Shown here: piece after piece, positions 17,466 through 27,835 of the stretch
Position numbering within the stretch: position 1 is the stretch's first letter
Layout: every line of letters begins with the position of its first letter
Assembly (NCBI GenBank): GCA_019058275.1
Contig: JAHLVW010000089.1
Coordinates: 1-64,000 of the forward strand
Source of the DNA: Candidatus Heimdallarchaeota archaeon
GTDB taxonomy: Archaea; Asgardarchaeota; Heimdallarchaeia; JABLTI01
Reading direction: 5' to 3'
Length of the DNA stretch: 64,000 nt
Made by a program: the position numbers and the translations under genes
The notes under the pieces: generated by a model
Database searches by the model: none
Told to the model about the DNA's origin: nothing
What the model saw: only the letters and a program-made list of their open reading frames with translations

Positions 17466-17697
17466 TTTAAATCAACCTAGTAATTATCAAACGCATCTGG
17501 ATTATAAATTAATCTCATGATTTTAGATTATGATTCAATTAGTTTGTGAAAAAGCAAAAGTTAATACTTTCAGTTATCTCCAATAGATGTTTGTTCTCTT
17601 AAGAGGATGTTTGAAGAGGAGATTGCTAATACTTTCACCAATCAGTCTCAACTTTTTATATAACCTATTGAATAATAATAAACTAGGAGCGCAGAAA

Positions 17698-17988
17698 ATG
17701 CATACAAAGAAGAAAATCATCCAAAAGGTCAAAATTGAAACTGTTCAAGCTAAAATTCTGTTGGATTTGGTACCTTGTCCTGATTGTACAAGTTCTCTCA
17801 ACTTCTATCTTGATTGTCCTTTTGGTGAAGGTAACATAGTGAACCCAGAAATCTGTGCTGAACAATGCAATGTTCAATGTGAAGCACTAATCTATTGTGA
17901 ACAATGTGACTACGAGGAGTTTATTGAATTATTCCCAAGAACAGGTTTACCTTTGAAGAAAGGTTTGGAAGAACGTGATGCAGTATAA
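17698..17988 (+). CDS. Small Cys-rich zinc-binding protein
   Basis: CPDC, CAEQC, CEQC; AGGAG RBS before ATG 17698. Confidence 0.55.
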   Translation: MHTKKKIIQKVKIETVQAKILLDLVPCPDCTSSLNFYLDCPFGEGNIVNPEICAEQCNVQCEALIYCEQCDYEEFIELFPRTGLPLKKGLEERDAV

Positions 17989-18040
17989 AGAATCATTTAC
18001 AATAAATATGAATGAAAAATATAGGCTAATATGAAATGCT

Positions 18041-18511
18041 TTAATCTTCGGGGATGTCTGGAATAGCAAGATTTTCATCGAAATCTTCATCATAATCTGG
18101 GATATATTTGTCTCCCGGAGGTAATAATTCTGGGCGCTTCGCAAGTATTCTTTCTATTTTTTGAGCAATAAATACTAATGTAATCGCTTGAGACACATAA
18201 GCTTCTCCTTCTAGAACTGCCATAACCAACGCGTTTTGACCAGCACTGACTGCGACTATATGTTTGTCACCTGGAACATTGATTTGAATATCTCTAACAC
18301 CTGAGAATTTTAAAAGATCTGAAACGTATTCAGAAATGTGGATTATCCCTGACGCTGCTGCACTTAGTGCTTCTTTCAAATCCTCAGAATCATCTGGTGC
18401 AAATGTTTGGATCGGAATTCCTGACCGAGAGGCTACTACAATTGTATTTACACCTGTAGATTGAGAAAAATTAGATAGAATTGTTTCTATGTCTTCCATT
18501 TTTACACCCAA
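18041..18511 (-). CDS. Roadblock/LC7 domain protein
   Basis: GVNTIVVASRSGIPI...LSAAASGI...VSAGQNALVMAV. Confidence 0.8.
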   Translation of the reverse strand: MGVKMEDIETILSNFSQSTGVNTIVVASRSGIPIQTFAPDDSEDLKEALSAAASGIIHISEYVSDLLKFSGVRDIQINVPGDKHIVAVSAGQNALVMAVLEGEAYVSQAITLVFIAQKIERILAKRPELLPPGDKYIPDYDEDFDENLAIPDIPED

Positions 18512-18612
18512 CTAACTTATTTGTAGCTCTTCAGAGTTATTTATTTTACTGTTGTAGTTTTATAGCGTCTTCCAGTAATTTTTATCTTTCTCTTCTAAAG
18601 CTGCTAAAATTG

Positions 18613-19305
18613 TTATTTGTCTTTTAGAAATTTAATAATTTCCTTGGGACTATTAGTTATTAAACCATCTGCACACCATTCAGTCAATTTTCTTGCTGTT
18701 ATTCGATCATCGACTGTCCATACTCGTACTTGCATATTCAATTCATGTGCGTTATCAATTACTGTTTTATTTACAAAATGTTTTCCTGGATGTATGTCAT
18801 TAGTATCAACATTTTTGATTAATTTTTTCAAATCATTTGTTTCTCTGTTAAATAGATATGCAGTAGGAATTTCATCTGTTAGTTCTTTCAATTTATTAAG
18901 AACTGGAATCTTAAATGAAGACACAACAAGTTTTTTGTTAATCTTTAATTCTTTCAGCATTTCAACAAGTTGATTTTCAAATCCTATTTCTTTTACTTCT
19001 ACATTTAACCAATGCTTGTTACCATACAGTTTCAATACATCTCTTAATAATGGGATTTTTTCTTCTTTCCCAAAATCGTACTTTAATAGATTTGAATAGC
19101 TTATTTTTGATACTCTACCCCTTCCATTTGATGTTCGATTTATCCTTTGGTCATGAATAATAACCAGCTCATCATCAGTTGTTTTCCGTACATCAAACTC
19201 AATACCATCAGCTCCATCCTGTAAAGCTCTATCAAATGCTTTCATTGTATTCTCTGGTTCAAGAGAGGATGCACCTCGATGTCCAAAAATGATGGGAAAA
19301 TTCAT
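18613..19305 (-). CDS. glpQ: Glycerophosphodiester phosphodiesterase
   Basis: HRGAS..PENT, EFDV, HD, NVEVK, WTVD. Confidence 0.9.
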   Translation of the reverse strand: MNFPIIFGHRGASSLEPENTMKAFDRALQDGADGIEFDVRKTTDDELVIIHDQRINRTSNGRGRVSKISYSNLLKYDFGKEEKIPLLRDVLKLYGNKHWLNVEVKEIGFENQLVEMLKELKINKKLVVSSFKIPVLNKLKELTDEIPTAYLFNRETNDLKKLIKNVDTNDIHPGKHFVNKTVIDNAHELNMQVRVWTVDDRITARKLTEWCADGLITNSPKEIIKFLKDK

Positions 19306-19398
19306 TTACATTCACACTATGAACATATTTGTAACAGGATATATTTTATTTGATGGAAAGATAAAAATATCACTCAACAAAACTCTACGTGATACATT

Positions 19399-20478
19399 AT
19401 GGATGTCAAAATTGCTCTTTTAGAAACAATAGAAGTAGTATATAATGAACTTCAAGCATTATTCAATGACAATGGTTTTAAACAAGCAAATCTAGGTGCT
19501 TTTGGAGATATGTTTTACAAGGAGCTTGATAATTATCTTACTTTTGGGGGCAAAAGAGTTAGACCATTCTTGGTAAGAACAGCATTTGATGCAGTTGGAG
19601 GTAACCATGAAGAGGGTAACATCACGAAAGCTTCTTTGGCAATTGAACTGTTACACAATGGATCACTTTTACATGATGATGTGATAGACAAAGATGAGAC
19701 TCGTCGAGGAAGACCATCTTTTCATGTAATCTTTAGAGACATTTATTCAAAGAAGAAAAAAGGGTCGTTTGAAAAAGCAACTGATTTTGGTGAAGCCATG
19801 TCAATCTTCGCAGGTGATTTATGCTTCCCTTACGCAATTGAAAGTATCATTCAAAGTGGATTTCCAGCTGAAAAAAGCTTGAGAGCACTACATGCTTTCA
19901 CAGAAGCATTTCGAGAAGTTATTGATGGAGTTATTCTTGAAACAGGTAATGCAATTCTTCAAAATGGTACAGAAGCATCCTATAGGAAGATGATTAATCT
20001 TAAAACTGGTGCATTAATCAGAAAAGCAGTTGAAATTGGAGCAATTCTTGGTGGTGGAAGTGATTCACAAATTGAATCGCTTAAACAGTATTGTTTGGGA
20101 ATTGGTACAGCATTTCAAGTTCAGGATGATATACTAGGTATTTTTGGCAATCCAGAAGAATTAGGAAAACCTATTGGTGGAGATGTTCGAGAAGATAAAC
20201 AAACGATCCTTAGAATTCACGCAATTAAAAAGGGTTCTAAGGAACAGGTTAAACGTATTTCTGAGCTAATGGGCAAAGAAGATGTAACATTGGAAGAGCT
20301 AAATGAAATTAGAAAAATCTTTGAAGAAACAGGTGCACTCAATTACTCATTTAATTTGATCAAAGAAGCAACAAAAAATGCAATAGAGTCATTAGAAAAA
20401 GCCAAACCACCATTAAAAGAAAAACCAAAAATGCTTTTGATTTCACTAGCTAAATTTCTAGAGGAAAGAAAATCATAA
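19399..20478 (+). CDS. idsA: Geranylgeranyl diphosphate synthase (polyprenyl synthetase)
   Basis: GGKRVRP, HDDVID..RRG, KTGAL, FQVQDDILG, GGDVREDK. Confidence 0.9.
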   Translation: MDVKIALLETIEVVYNELQALFNDNGFKQANLGAFGDMFYKELDNYLTFGGKRVRPFLVRTAFDAVGGNHEEGNITKASLAIELLHNGSLLHDDVIDKDETRRGRPSFHVIFRDIYSKKKKGSFEKATDFGEAMSIFAGDLCFPYAIESIIQSGFPAEKSLRALHAFTEAFREVIDGVILETGNAILQNGTEASYRKMINLKTGALIRKAVEIGAILGGGSDSQIESLKQYCLGIGTAFQVQDDILGIFGNPEELGKPIGGDVREDKQTILRIHAIKKGSKEQVKRISELMGKEDVTLEELNEIRKIFEETGALNYSFNLIKEATKNAIESLEKAKPPLKEKPKMLLISLAKFLEERKS

Positions 20479-20560
20479 TTTTTACATTTTCATGAAATTT
20501 CATGGTTTTATATACCTTCTTTCCAACTTTACTTTAGGAAAAATTTCTGTTTGAGGTTCT

Positions 20561-20920
20561 TTGATGAAGAAGAAAACAATAAATGATATCATTGTGAAAT
20601 TAACTCGAGAGGAAATCGAACGCATAGAAAATGAAATGCGAACAAATTTACGTTATTCATGGCAAAAAGCAATTGCGTTTGCAATTTCATATAAAGCTAC
20701 TATTGAGGAAGTAATGGAAAAACTGGAAGAATCATTTCTAATGTTTATTCCAATTAATAATAAATACAGACATTTATACAAAGAAATCGTTATGAAATCA
20801 TTCAATAAAGTTCTAGGGAAACTATATACTACTGTAGATATTTCTGATATCCATACAGAAAATGATTTCATAAATTTAGCAGTTACTCAATTATATAATA
20901 CTAGGATTATTTTTTCATAA
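20561..20920 (+). CDS. Hypothetical protein
   Basis: 119-aa ORF with GAGG RBS. Confidence 0.5.
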   Translation: MMKKKTINDIIVKLTREEIERIENEMRTNLRYSWQKAIAFAISYKATIEEVMEKLEESFLMFIPINNKYRHLYKEIVMKSFNKVLGKLYTTVDISDIHTENDFINLAVTQLYNTRIIFS

Positions 20921-21003
20921 ATGTAATATCAAGTCAATTGAAGCAATAGTTTTTTATCAACAGTTAGTACTCATTGTTTAAACAAAATCTATTTGTGATT
21001 TAA

Positions 21004-22026
21004 TTGAAAATCTTAGTAATTGGTGGTAGTCGCTTTAGTGGTAAAGAAGTTGTAAAACTACTTGCTAAGAAAGATTATGATGTAACAGTATTAAATAGAG
21101 GTAAATCTGAACAAGTGGCAACTCCTTTTTACAAACCTATTAAACATGAATATCCCAAAGATGTAAAAGTAATTCATGCTGACAGAACTAATAATGAGGA
21201 GTTTAACAAAGTACTTGAAGGCAATAATTTTGAAGCAATAATTGATTCCTGTGCTTATAATGAGAAGGACATACAAAGAGTAATTAATATAGCTTCAAGT
21301 GAAATCAAAAACTACGTATTCATCAGCACAGCAAGTGTATATGATGAAGAGAATGTTGTTTATCTTCCTATTTCTGAAGATGAACAAATGGGTTCAGAAG
21401 CTGAGGACTGTCCCGTAAAATATAGTCGAGATAAAAGAAGAGCAGAATCACTTCTCAAAAAGAATTTTGAAGAAAATAACTTTCCAATGACAATAGTTCG
21501 TCCAACCTACATTTATGGACCATTTAACCCAATGTATCGGGAATTCTATTTCTATGATAGAATCATGGATAAGAAACCTATTTACATGCCTGGAAATGGA
21601 GAATTTGTTACTGATTTTGTTCATTGTAAGGATGTTGCTTGGCTATGTGCAGCACCACTTGAGAACAAGAGAGCCATTGGCAGAATCTATAATGCTACAG
21701 GTGGAGTAGCAACTACATTGAATCAATATGTGAGAATTTTAGGTGATATCATTGGAAATGAAGTCAAAGTCACTCACTATAAGCCTGAAATCTTAAAGAA
21801 AGATAATATGAAGCCTGATGATTGGATAGAGATGTTTCCATTCATGTATGATAATCACCTCATATTAAGCAAAGAAAGAGCAGTCATAGATTTAGACTAT
21901 AAACCAACACCTTTTGAAGAAGGTCAAAAAGAGACATTTAATTGGTATAAAGAAATGAAGAATCCTGAATGGAAAGGTGCATATGAATTCGATGCTAAAT
22001 TAGCAAAGGAGATTGAAAAAGAATAG
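21004..22026 (+). CDS. NAD-dependent epimerase/dehydratase (extended SDR)
   Basis: GGSRFSG, YSRDK, RPTYIYGP. Confidence 0.85.
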   Translation: MKILVIGGSRFSGKEVVKLLAKKDYDVTVLNRGKSEQVATPFYKPIKHEYPKDVKVIHADRTNNEEFNKVLEGNNFEAIIDSCAYNEKDIQRVINIASSEIKNYVFISTASVYDEENVVYLPISEDEQMGSEAEDCPVKYSRDKRRAESLLKKNFEENNFPMTIVRPTYIYGPFNPMYREFYFYDRIMDKKPIYMPGNGEFVTDFVHCKDVAWLCAAPLENKRAIGRIYNATGGVATTLNQYVRILGDIIGNEVKVTHYKPEILKKDNMKPDDWIEMFPFMYDNHLILSKERAVIDLDYKPTPFEEGQKETFNWYKEMKNPEWKGAYEFDAKLAKEIEKE

Positions 22027-22092
22027 ATTCAACCCTTATTTTTTAGGAAAAATTGATTTTATTGAAATCTAAATAAAATTTGAGGAAGGACA

Positions 22093-22785
22093 TTGACTGA
22101 AGAACAGAAACTTAAGGAAAGAAAGGAAGAGCTGATATCCCATTACAAGAAGTATGGTTACCTTAAATCAGAGGAAATTATTAGTGCCTTTCGTAAAGTT
22201 CCTCGAGAGCATTTCATTGGTTCAAATCCCAAGCAATTAGCTTATTTAGATCGTCCACTGCCAATCTACTCCAATCAAACAATATCAGCACCACATATGG
22301 TAGCTATGATGGTTAGCAAAGAAATCTTAGATCTAAAAGTAGGGGACATTTGTTTAGAGGTTGGAGCAGGATCTGGTTATCATGCAGCAGTTATTGCTGA
22401 AATTGTAGCGCCTACTGGTACAGATAAATCAAAGTGGGGTCATGTTTATACTATTGAGAGAATTGAGAAGTTAGTCAACTTTGCCAAAGATAATCTCAAA
22501 AATACAGGTTATGATGACAGAGTAACTGTCATTTATGGTGATGGTTCTTTAGGTTTGCCAGACAAAGCACCTTATGATAAAATCACAGTTGCAGCTGCAG
22601 CACCTGAAATCCCACCACCACTTCTGGAGCAGCTAAAACCAGGTGGTAAATTAGTGATACCGGTTGGTGGAAAAGGGTACTATCAAGAACTAAAAGTAAT
22701 TGCAAAGAACAAAGATGGTTCTATAAATTCTGCAACAAAATGCGGAGTAGCTTTTGTACCCTTAATAGGTAAATTTGGCTACTAA
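22093..22785 (+). CDS. pcm: Protein-L-isoaspartate O-methyltransferase
   Basis: QTISAPHMVA, LEVGAGSGY, APYDKI, FVPLIG. Confidence 0.95.
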   Translation: MTEEQKLKERKEELISHYKKYGYLKSEEIISAFRKVPREHFIGSNPKQLAYLDRPLPIYSNQTISAPHMVAMMVSKEILDLKVGDICLEVGAGSGYHAAVIAEIVAPTGTDKSKWGHVYTIERIEKLVNFAKDNLKNTGYDDRVTVIYGDGSLGLPDKAPYDKITVAAAAPEIPPPLLEQLKPGGKLVIPVGGKGYYQELKVIAKNKDGSINSATKCGVAFVPLIGKFGY

Positions 22786-22797
22786 ATAGCTACGACT

Positions 22798-25700
22798 TTA
22801 ACCAAAGAACTCAGTTAAGCTTCTTTGATTATTTTCTTCTTTAATAAAGAACTCATCAATGGATTCATTGAATAACTTAAGTCTTTGTTTGAGGTAAAGA
22901 GAAAGATCATAAGTGTTGATGAGGTTTTTCGCTGTATCAAAATATTTTGTAACAGTTTTCTTATAAACTGTTAAAAGCAATTTTCCACCATCTTCACATG
23001 TTGTGCATTTTCCAGATAGAGGTATTCTTCTGTACTTAGTATTGCATTTTACGCATCTAAAAGTTTGAGAGCCAAATGCTCGTAAACAACCAATCATATC
23101 GGGGAAGAAATGTTTATTGATTACACGTTCAGCAACATCCTCTAGTTTTACTGCACGAATTAATTTAGCAACAGCTAATTGTGCTTCCAATTTATCGATC
23201 ATTTTACCTAATCGAGAATAAGCTGTTGATACAGGACCAATACCTATGTCAGATGTTTCATGAGTATAATAGAAATTTTCGAATTGTCCTGGTGTTTCCA
23301 ATCGATTTGCTATTAAATCAATGATTTGAGCAATCTTCTTTGACTCTATGAATTTAAATGATTGTTCATAAAACTCCAAAGGATATCTTTTTGTGCAATC
23401 TACAGCATGTGATTCATCGTCAACTTCTAATGGATTCAAAATAAGTCCTAGAGTTAGTGGTGCATCCATAGATCCACCTCGAGTAATTGGTAGAAATTGC
23501 TTGGAAAAGTCCAAAAATCCTTCCAGCATTAAAATAACAGCATCTTCATCACCATCACATTGATGAGTTAAAATATATTCATTTACCAGTACATTGTGAT
23601 GCTTTTCTGCGTTCAATGAATAGACAAACTCAGCACTTGATTTAATCATCTCCTTCTTCTTAACTTTGAGTAATCTGTTGTTCTTGAATTTCATTTGTGG
23701 TTTTGTTTTCTTGGTTTTGATTATAGCATCCAAAAGCTGTTGTTTTCTAATAGATGTAAAGCCTATTTGATTCCTATAATTTAGAATATTTTCCCCTCTT
23801 ATAGTCAATTTGTATTCTGTTTTTGAATCGCTAGAATAACTTGAGTAACTTGAATAGATTCCATATCGTAACAGCAGTAAATCAAAATCCTTCAGCAACC
23901 CTTTGCTAAAAGAAGAACATACAACAGTGCCATTTTTTCGATCGAGTCCACCATCACCACTAAAATAGGTGCTAATTAAATGCTTTATTTTACTCTTTGG
24001 TAATTTTAAGAGAAAGGAGGGAATTTTCTTCTTATGGGAGCTTGTCTGTAATTGTAAAATAACTTTGAAAAATTGATAAATGATTCTACTGGAAATGGTA
24101 ATCCTATTTGAATCTACATAAGGTTTGAATCCCTTTCCAAAAACCTCTGTTATTGAGGAAAGCATATCCTCTCGTAAATCAGATTCAGATACAGCTAAAT
24201 CAACTTGATAGGTCAATTTGTCAACTTTGCGATGAAATCCTTCAGCAAGATAATAGCCAATTAGCTTCATCAAACTTTCATTGAAGGGGATAACTCGCTT
24301 TATGAAAGTGTGATCTCTTTTAAACCCTAGAGTGCATGGAGGAATATCCATTATTGTTTGTTCATTTATTTCTAGCAATTTTTCTAAAATACTCAAAGGT
24401 ATGGAATCTCTTTCTCGATAGTAATTATTCAGAGTTTTCTTGTTTATGGCTATTTTTTCAGAAAGCTCTTGTAGTCCATGTTTATCAATAATGGTTTGTA
24501 CAAAGGAGCTAATACCCCTAACCATTAGGTCATCCTTAATATCAATAAATTTACTTTTGGTAAATTCTTGAAGTAAATCTATTTCTTGGATATCCTCTTC
24601 AACAAGATTTAGATTTGGAAGTACAAATGTATCACCCTTATTAACTTCTGAGGCTCTTTTTTCTACTAATTTTCCTGCTTTATGAACAATTACTGGATGA
24701 CTTGCGGTGGTAACGTAGGATCTTTTTCCGACTAAATGAAATTTTACTAAATGTTCTGGTGCTGGTATCTTAATTACATCAAGAATATTTGATAGTGTCA
24801 GTTCTCCTATTGAGTGATCAAATGAATAGACTTTAATTTCTCTATTTGGTTGTTTTTTGATCAAAACCATCTTTTCTTCTGTTTCGTTAGTAAATTCATT
24901 CTCATATAGATCTTTGATTTTTACTTGAGTAATTTTCCCTTCGATGTCTAATAAGATTTCAGTATCTCCAGGAAAGCAATTTCGTCTTTTTGCTGCGTGC
25001 CAGTAAGGATGTGCAAGATTGCCTTTAACACTAGAGAAACCAATAATCCTTCCTGTGATTCCAGATGATGTATGGGGAGCAAGACCAATAATAAAATGAC
25101 CAATTAAATCAGTAATTCGATTTATGTTATAAAATCTTGGCAAACCATAAACGGATTCCAAAAGATCATCAACATACTTTGAAACACGAACTAAGAAATC
25201 ACCATTATCAATATTCAATACTACATCTTGTATTTTTAATTCTATGATTTGATCATCTTCAGATAAGGGTTCACCATGAATATCCTTAGTATATCCCAAT
25301 CGTGTTAATTGTTCTATATTAGCATTCACTTCTTTTGGTTTGAAATGCATTAGTGGAATATCTGTAGAATCAAAACGAATTGTCCCATCTTTATAAACAT
25401 TCAAACTGTGTCTAGCTCTTAGGAAACCCTTTTCCAGTATTTCTGGGATTCTATTCTTATTCATTAATTTCTTTACACCTTTTGTTTTTGAAGGTATAGA
25501 ACCACCAAGAGCTTTTTTGACTCGAGTAATTTCAGAATCGATGTTTATTAGTCTCGTGGTAAAGCTTACAGATGATCTTCTACATTCATCACAGAAATTC
25601 TCAGAAAGCTCTTTACCACATCTTGGGCAGCTTTTTACAATAGCAGTTCTTTGATTACATATAGGACAATTAGAAAGGTGTGTGATGGTATTACATGTTG

Positions 25701-27705
25701 AGCACTCTCGCTGAACCACAGTTATCTCAATATCCTTTTTCTTACCGGCTTCAATTAGAAGTCTACTGTTTCCTCCTCCTTCCATTTCTATTGGGTAGAG
25801 AGAATGAATTGGAGGATTCATTTTACGCTCTTTTGCTTTTTCAGGACGTCCCATTCTTGCTCCAGAATATATTGGAGTTTTTAATTTAATCTCAAAAGGA
25901 ACGATGTGTTCGAATGGTGGTCCACCTGTTCTTTGTACTTCATTTGGATCAATTGACTCATTATTAAGTTGCATACATTGTTCAATGATTAAATTACTTT
26001 CATCTATTACAATGTAGTTCTTTTTCACTTTGTGAGGTAGACCTATGACCTCTAAAAATCGTTTTGCTCCGAAATTTTTTTTCAGAATAATTGCGTTGGG
26101 ATTTTCTGTTAATTCTGAAATTAATTTTTTATCTTTTACTCTTTGTTCAATAATCTTACTCCGTAGATCAAAGAATTCATCAAATGATATATCATGCCAA
26201 GCATAATTATATTGAGGATGTAAAGGTAGGAGCAGCTCATAGCAAAAAGCCAAAGTTTCTTCTTGTGTTGGTTTTGTTCCAATTGGGTTGTTTAGAAATT
26301 CTCGCAAGCGATCCTGTTTCATACCTAATTTCTTTGATGCAACTCCTAAATCATTATTACATCTAGATTTTATACGGGATTCTAGATATAATACCCACCA
26401 TTCTTCAACAAAACCAGAAGGAATTAGTGGATGATTATTTTCTAAGAACTCACCAAAACCAACTAACAAATCACCTAGGAATAAAATCTCTATGATTTTC
26501 TTATGGTATTTTATTGCATCTTCATAAGTATTGAGTTGCACTACAGATCCATCTTTCAAGAGAACAATTGGTCCCTCAATTGAATCTACTGGCATTACAA
26601 TGCTTCCTTTTCCAGGTCTTTCTGTTCTAATGTGTGTTCCAGGAGCTAAGAATTCCATAACAACCTTCATTGTAGCTGGATGAATACCAATTCCCGCCAG
26701 GCCAGTATTTCGAGAATGGCCATATCTAATTCGAAAACCACCACGATGAGAGGGATGAGAAAATATTGGCCTCCCAGCTATTACATCTTTAATATAGCCA
26801 TCAGAAGGCTGCGTTTTTGCTTTCATTTCTTCTTTTTCTTGTTCATCTTGAGCTTTAGCAACAGATGCTTTTAGATCTTTTAACCAATCCCAATCAGAAA
26901 GACCAACAGCATTTACTGTTTTTAAAATCTTCATTGCTCGACCTACAATTCCATCATTTAGAACTAAGCATGCTCCACCTCGCAAACAATTTGTTTCTAT
27001 TCGAGGTAAATCCCTAAATGCTGAAACTTCATCAGGATTTGTGCTTTCCCCTGTTACTTCCACAGGTAAATTCTCAACAGCAGTTTCAATTTGATCTGCA
27101 GTAGTAGGACTTTGCAAATGCATGACTCTATTGTATAAATCGACTTCTTCTACAAATCGCTTCATTTCTTGCCTTGTTGCTTTGTATTTAGACAAGTTAA
27201 GCGCTTTTCTAACATGATCAGAGATAAGGACTGTTAGAGCTGCCTCAGTTCCCCCTGCCGATCTAATAGGTCCGGCAAAATAAATGGCTAAATATCTAGA
27301 ATTATCTTCATTACGTTTTATTTTGACTTTAGCAATTCCTTCTAGTGGAGCTGCAGTTACACCTTCGGTTAATATTGCTAAAGCAGTTCGAATAGCCATA
27401 TCTGCTTTTTGCTCTTCTGAGACATCTCCAACATATTTACCTGTAGCAATTTCATGAGCAATCTTAAAAGCTACATTTTCTCGATCCATCTGTAAATTAA
27501 GGTTTCGAATTCTTTCTGCAATACCGGCAAGGCCAATTAAACCTTCCACTTTCCCAGCTACATCTTTTGCTAGATGAATCTCTGGTACAGTTTCAGGATC
27601 TAAGCCTTTCTTTCGTGCATTTTGTGCAACTTCGTAAAGCTTATTGACTTCCTCTTCTAGCATCTGGAAGTATTCTTTTATTTCTTCTGATGCAGCTAGC
27701 TCCAA
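22798..27705 (-). CDS. polC: DNA polymerase D large subunit (DP2) with intein
   Basis: YFAGPIRSAGGT, GARMGRPEK, HAAKRRN^CDGDED, C-terminal CxxC..CxxC and PIP-like QRSLTEFF. Confidence 0.97.
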   Translation of the reverse strand: MELAASEEIKEYFQMLEEEVNKLYEVAQNARKKGLDPETVPEIHLAKDVAGKVEGLIGLAGIAERIRNLNLQMDRENVAFKIAHEIATGKYVGDVSEEQKADMAIRTALAILTEGVTAAPLEGIAKVKIKRNEDNSRYLAIYFAGPIRSAGGTEAALTVLISDHVRKALNLSKYKATRQEMKRFVEEVDLYNRVMHLQSPTTADQIETAVENLPVEVTGESTNPDEVSAFRDLPRIETNCLRGGACLVLNDGIVGRAMKILKTVNAVGLSDWDWLKDLKASVAKAQDEQEKEEMKAKTQPSDGYIKDVIAGRPIFSHPSHRGGFRIRYGHSRNTGLAGIGIHPATMKVVMEFLAPGTHIRTERPGKGSIVMPVDSIEGPIVLLKDGSVVQLNTYEDAIKYHKKIIEILFLGDLLVGFGEFLENNHPLIPSGFVEEWWVLYLESRIKSRCNNDLGVASKKLGMKQDRLREFLNNPIGTKPTQEETLAFCYELLLPLHPQYNYAWHDISFDEFFDLRSKIIEQRVKDKKLISELTENPNAIILKKNFGAKRFLEVIGLPHKVKKNYIVIDESNLIIEQCMQLNNESIDPNEVQRTGGPPFEHIVPFEIKLKTPIYSGARMGRPEKAKERKMNPPIHSLYPIEMEGGGNSRLLIEAGKKKDIEITVVQRECSTCNTITHLSNCPICNQRTAIVKSCPRCGKELSENFCDECRRSSVSFTTRLINIDSEITRVKKALGGSIPSKTKGVKKLMNKNRIPEILEKGFLRARHSLNVYKDGTIRFDSTDIPLMHFKPKEVNANIEQLTRLGYTKDIHGEPLSEDDQIIELKIQDVVLNIDNGDFLVRVSKYVDDLLESVYGLPRFYNINRITDLIGHFIIGLAPHTSSGITGRIIGFSSVKGNLAHPYWHAAKRRNCFPGDTEILLDIEGKITQVKIKDLYENEFTNETEEKMVLIKKQPNREIKVYSFDHSIGELTLSNILDVIKIPAPEHLVKFHLVGKRSYVTTASHPVIVHKAGKLVEKRASEVNKGDTFVLPNLNLVEEDIQEIDLLQEFTKSKFIDIKDDLMVRGISSFVQTIIDKHGLQELSEKIAINKKTLNNYYRERDSIPLSILEKLLEINEQTIMDIPPCTLGFKRDHTFIKRVIPFNESLMKLIGYYLAEGFHRKVDKLTYQVDLAVSESDLREDMLSSITEVFGKGFKPYVDSNRITISSRIIYQFFKVILQLQTSSHKKKIPSFLLKLPKSKIKHLISTYFSGDGGLDRKNGTVVCSSFSKGLLKDFDLLLLRYGIYSSYSSYSSDSKTEYKLTIRGENILNYRNQIGFTSIRKQQLLDAIIKTKKTKPQMKFKNNRLLKVKKKEMIKSSAEFVYSLNAEKHHNVLVNEYILTHQCDGDEDAVILMLEGFLDFSKQFLPITRGGSMDAPLTLGLILNPLEVDDESHAVDCTKRYPLEFYEQSFKFIESKKIAQIIDLIANRLETPGQFENFYYTHETSDIGIGPVSTAYSRLGKMIDKLEAQLAVAKLIRAVKLEDVAERVINKHFFPDMIGCLRAFGSQTFRCVKCNTKYRRIPLSGKCTTCEDGGKLLLTVYKKTVTKYFDTAKNLINTYDLSLYLKQRLKLFNESIDEFFIKEENNQRSLTEFFG
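23560..24978 (-). mobile_element. 473-aa intein with LAGLIDADG endonuclease, ending His-Gln
   Basis: Starts CFPGDT; block B TASHPV; GYYLAEG and YFSGDG; ends THQ/C. Confidence 0.93.
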
Positions 27706-27835
27706 TTTTCAACCACAACAATTGCTCTTAAGTTAAAATACTGATAATCTAAATTATAATGTTATTATTTTACTTTGAATTGCTTTTAAGAACTCTGGTA
27801 TTATTTCTTTCAAATGGTTTTATCCCTGAAATTTT

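Noticed and set aside
17587-17697. N-terminal extension of the Cys-rich ORF given by the ORF track
   Set aside because: A TATA-like box and AGGAG RBS point to ATG 17698 as the real start
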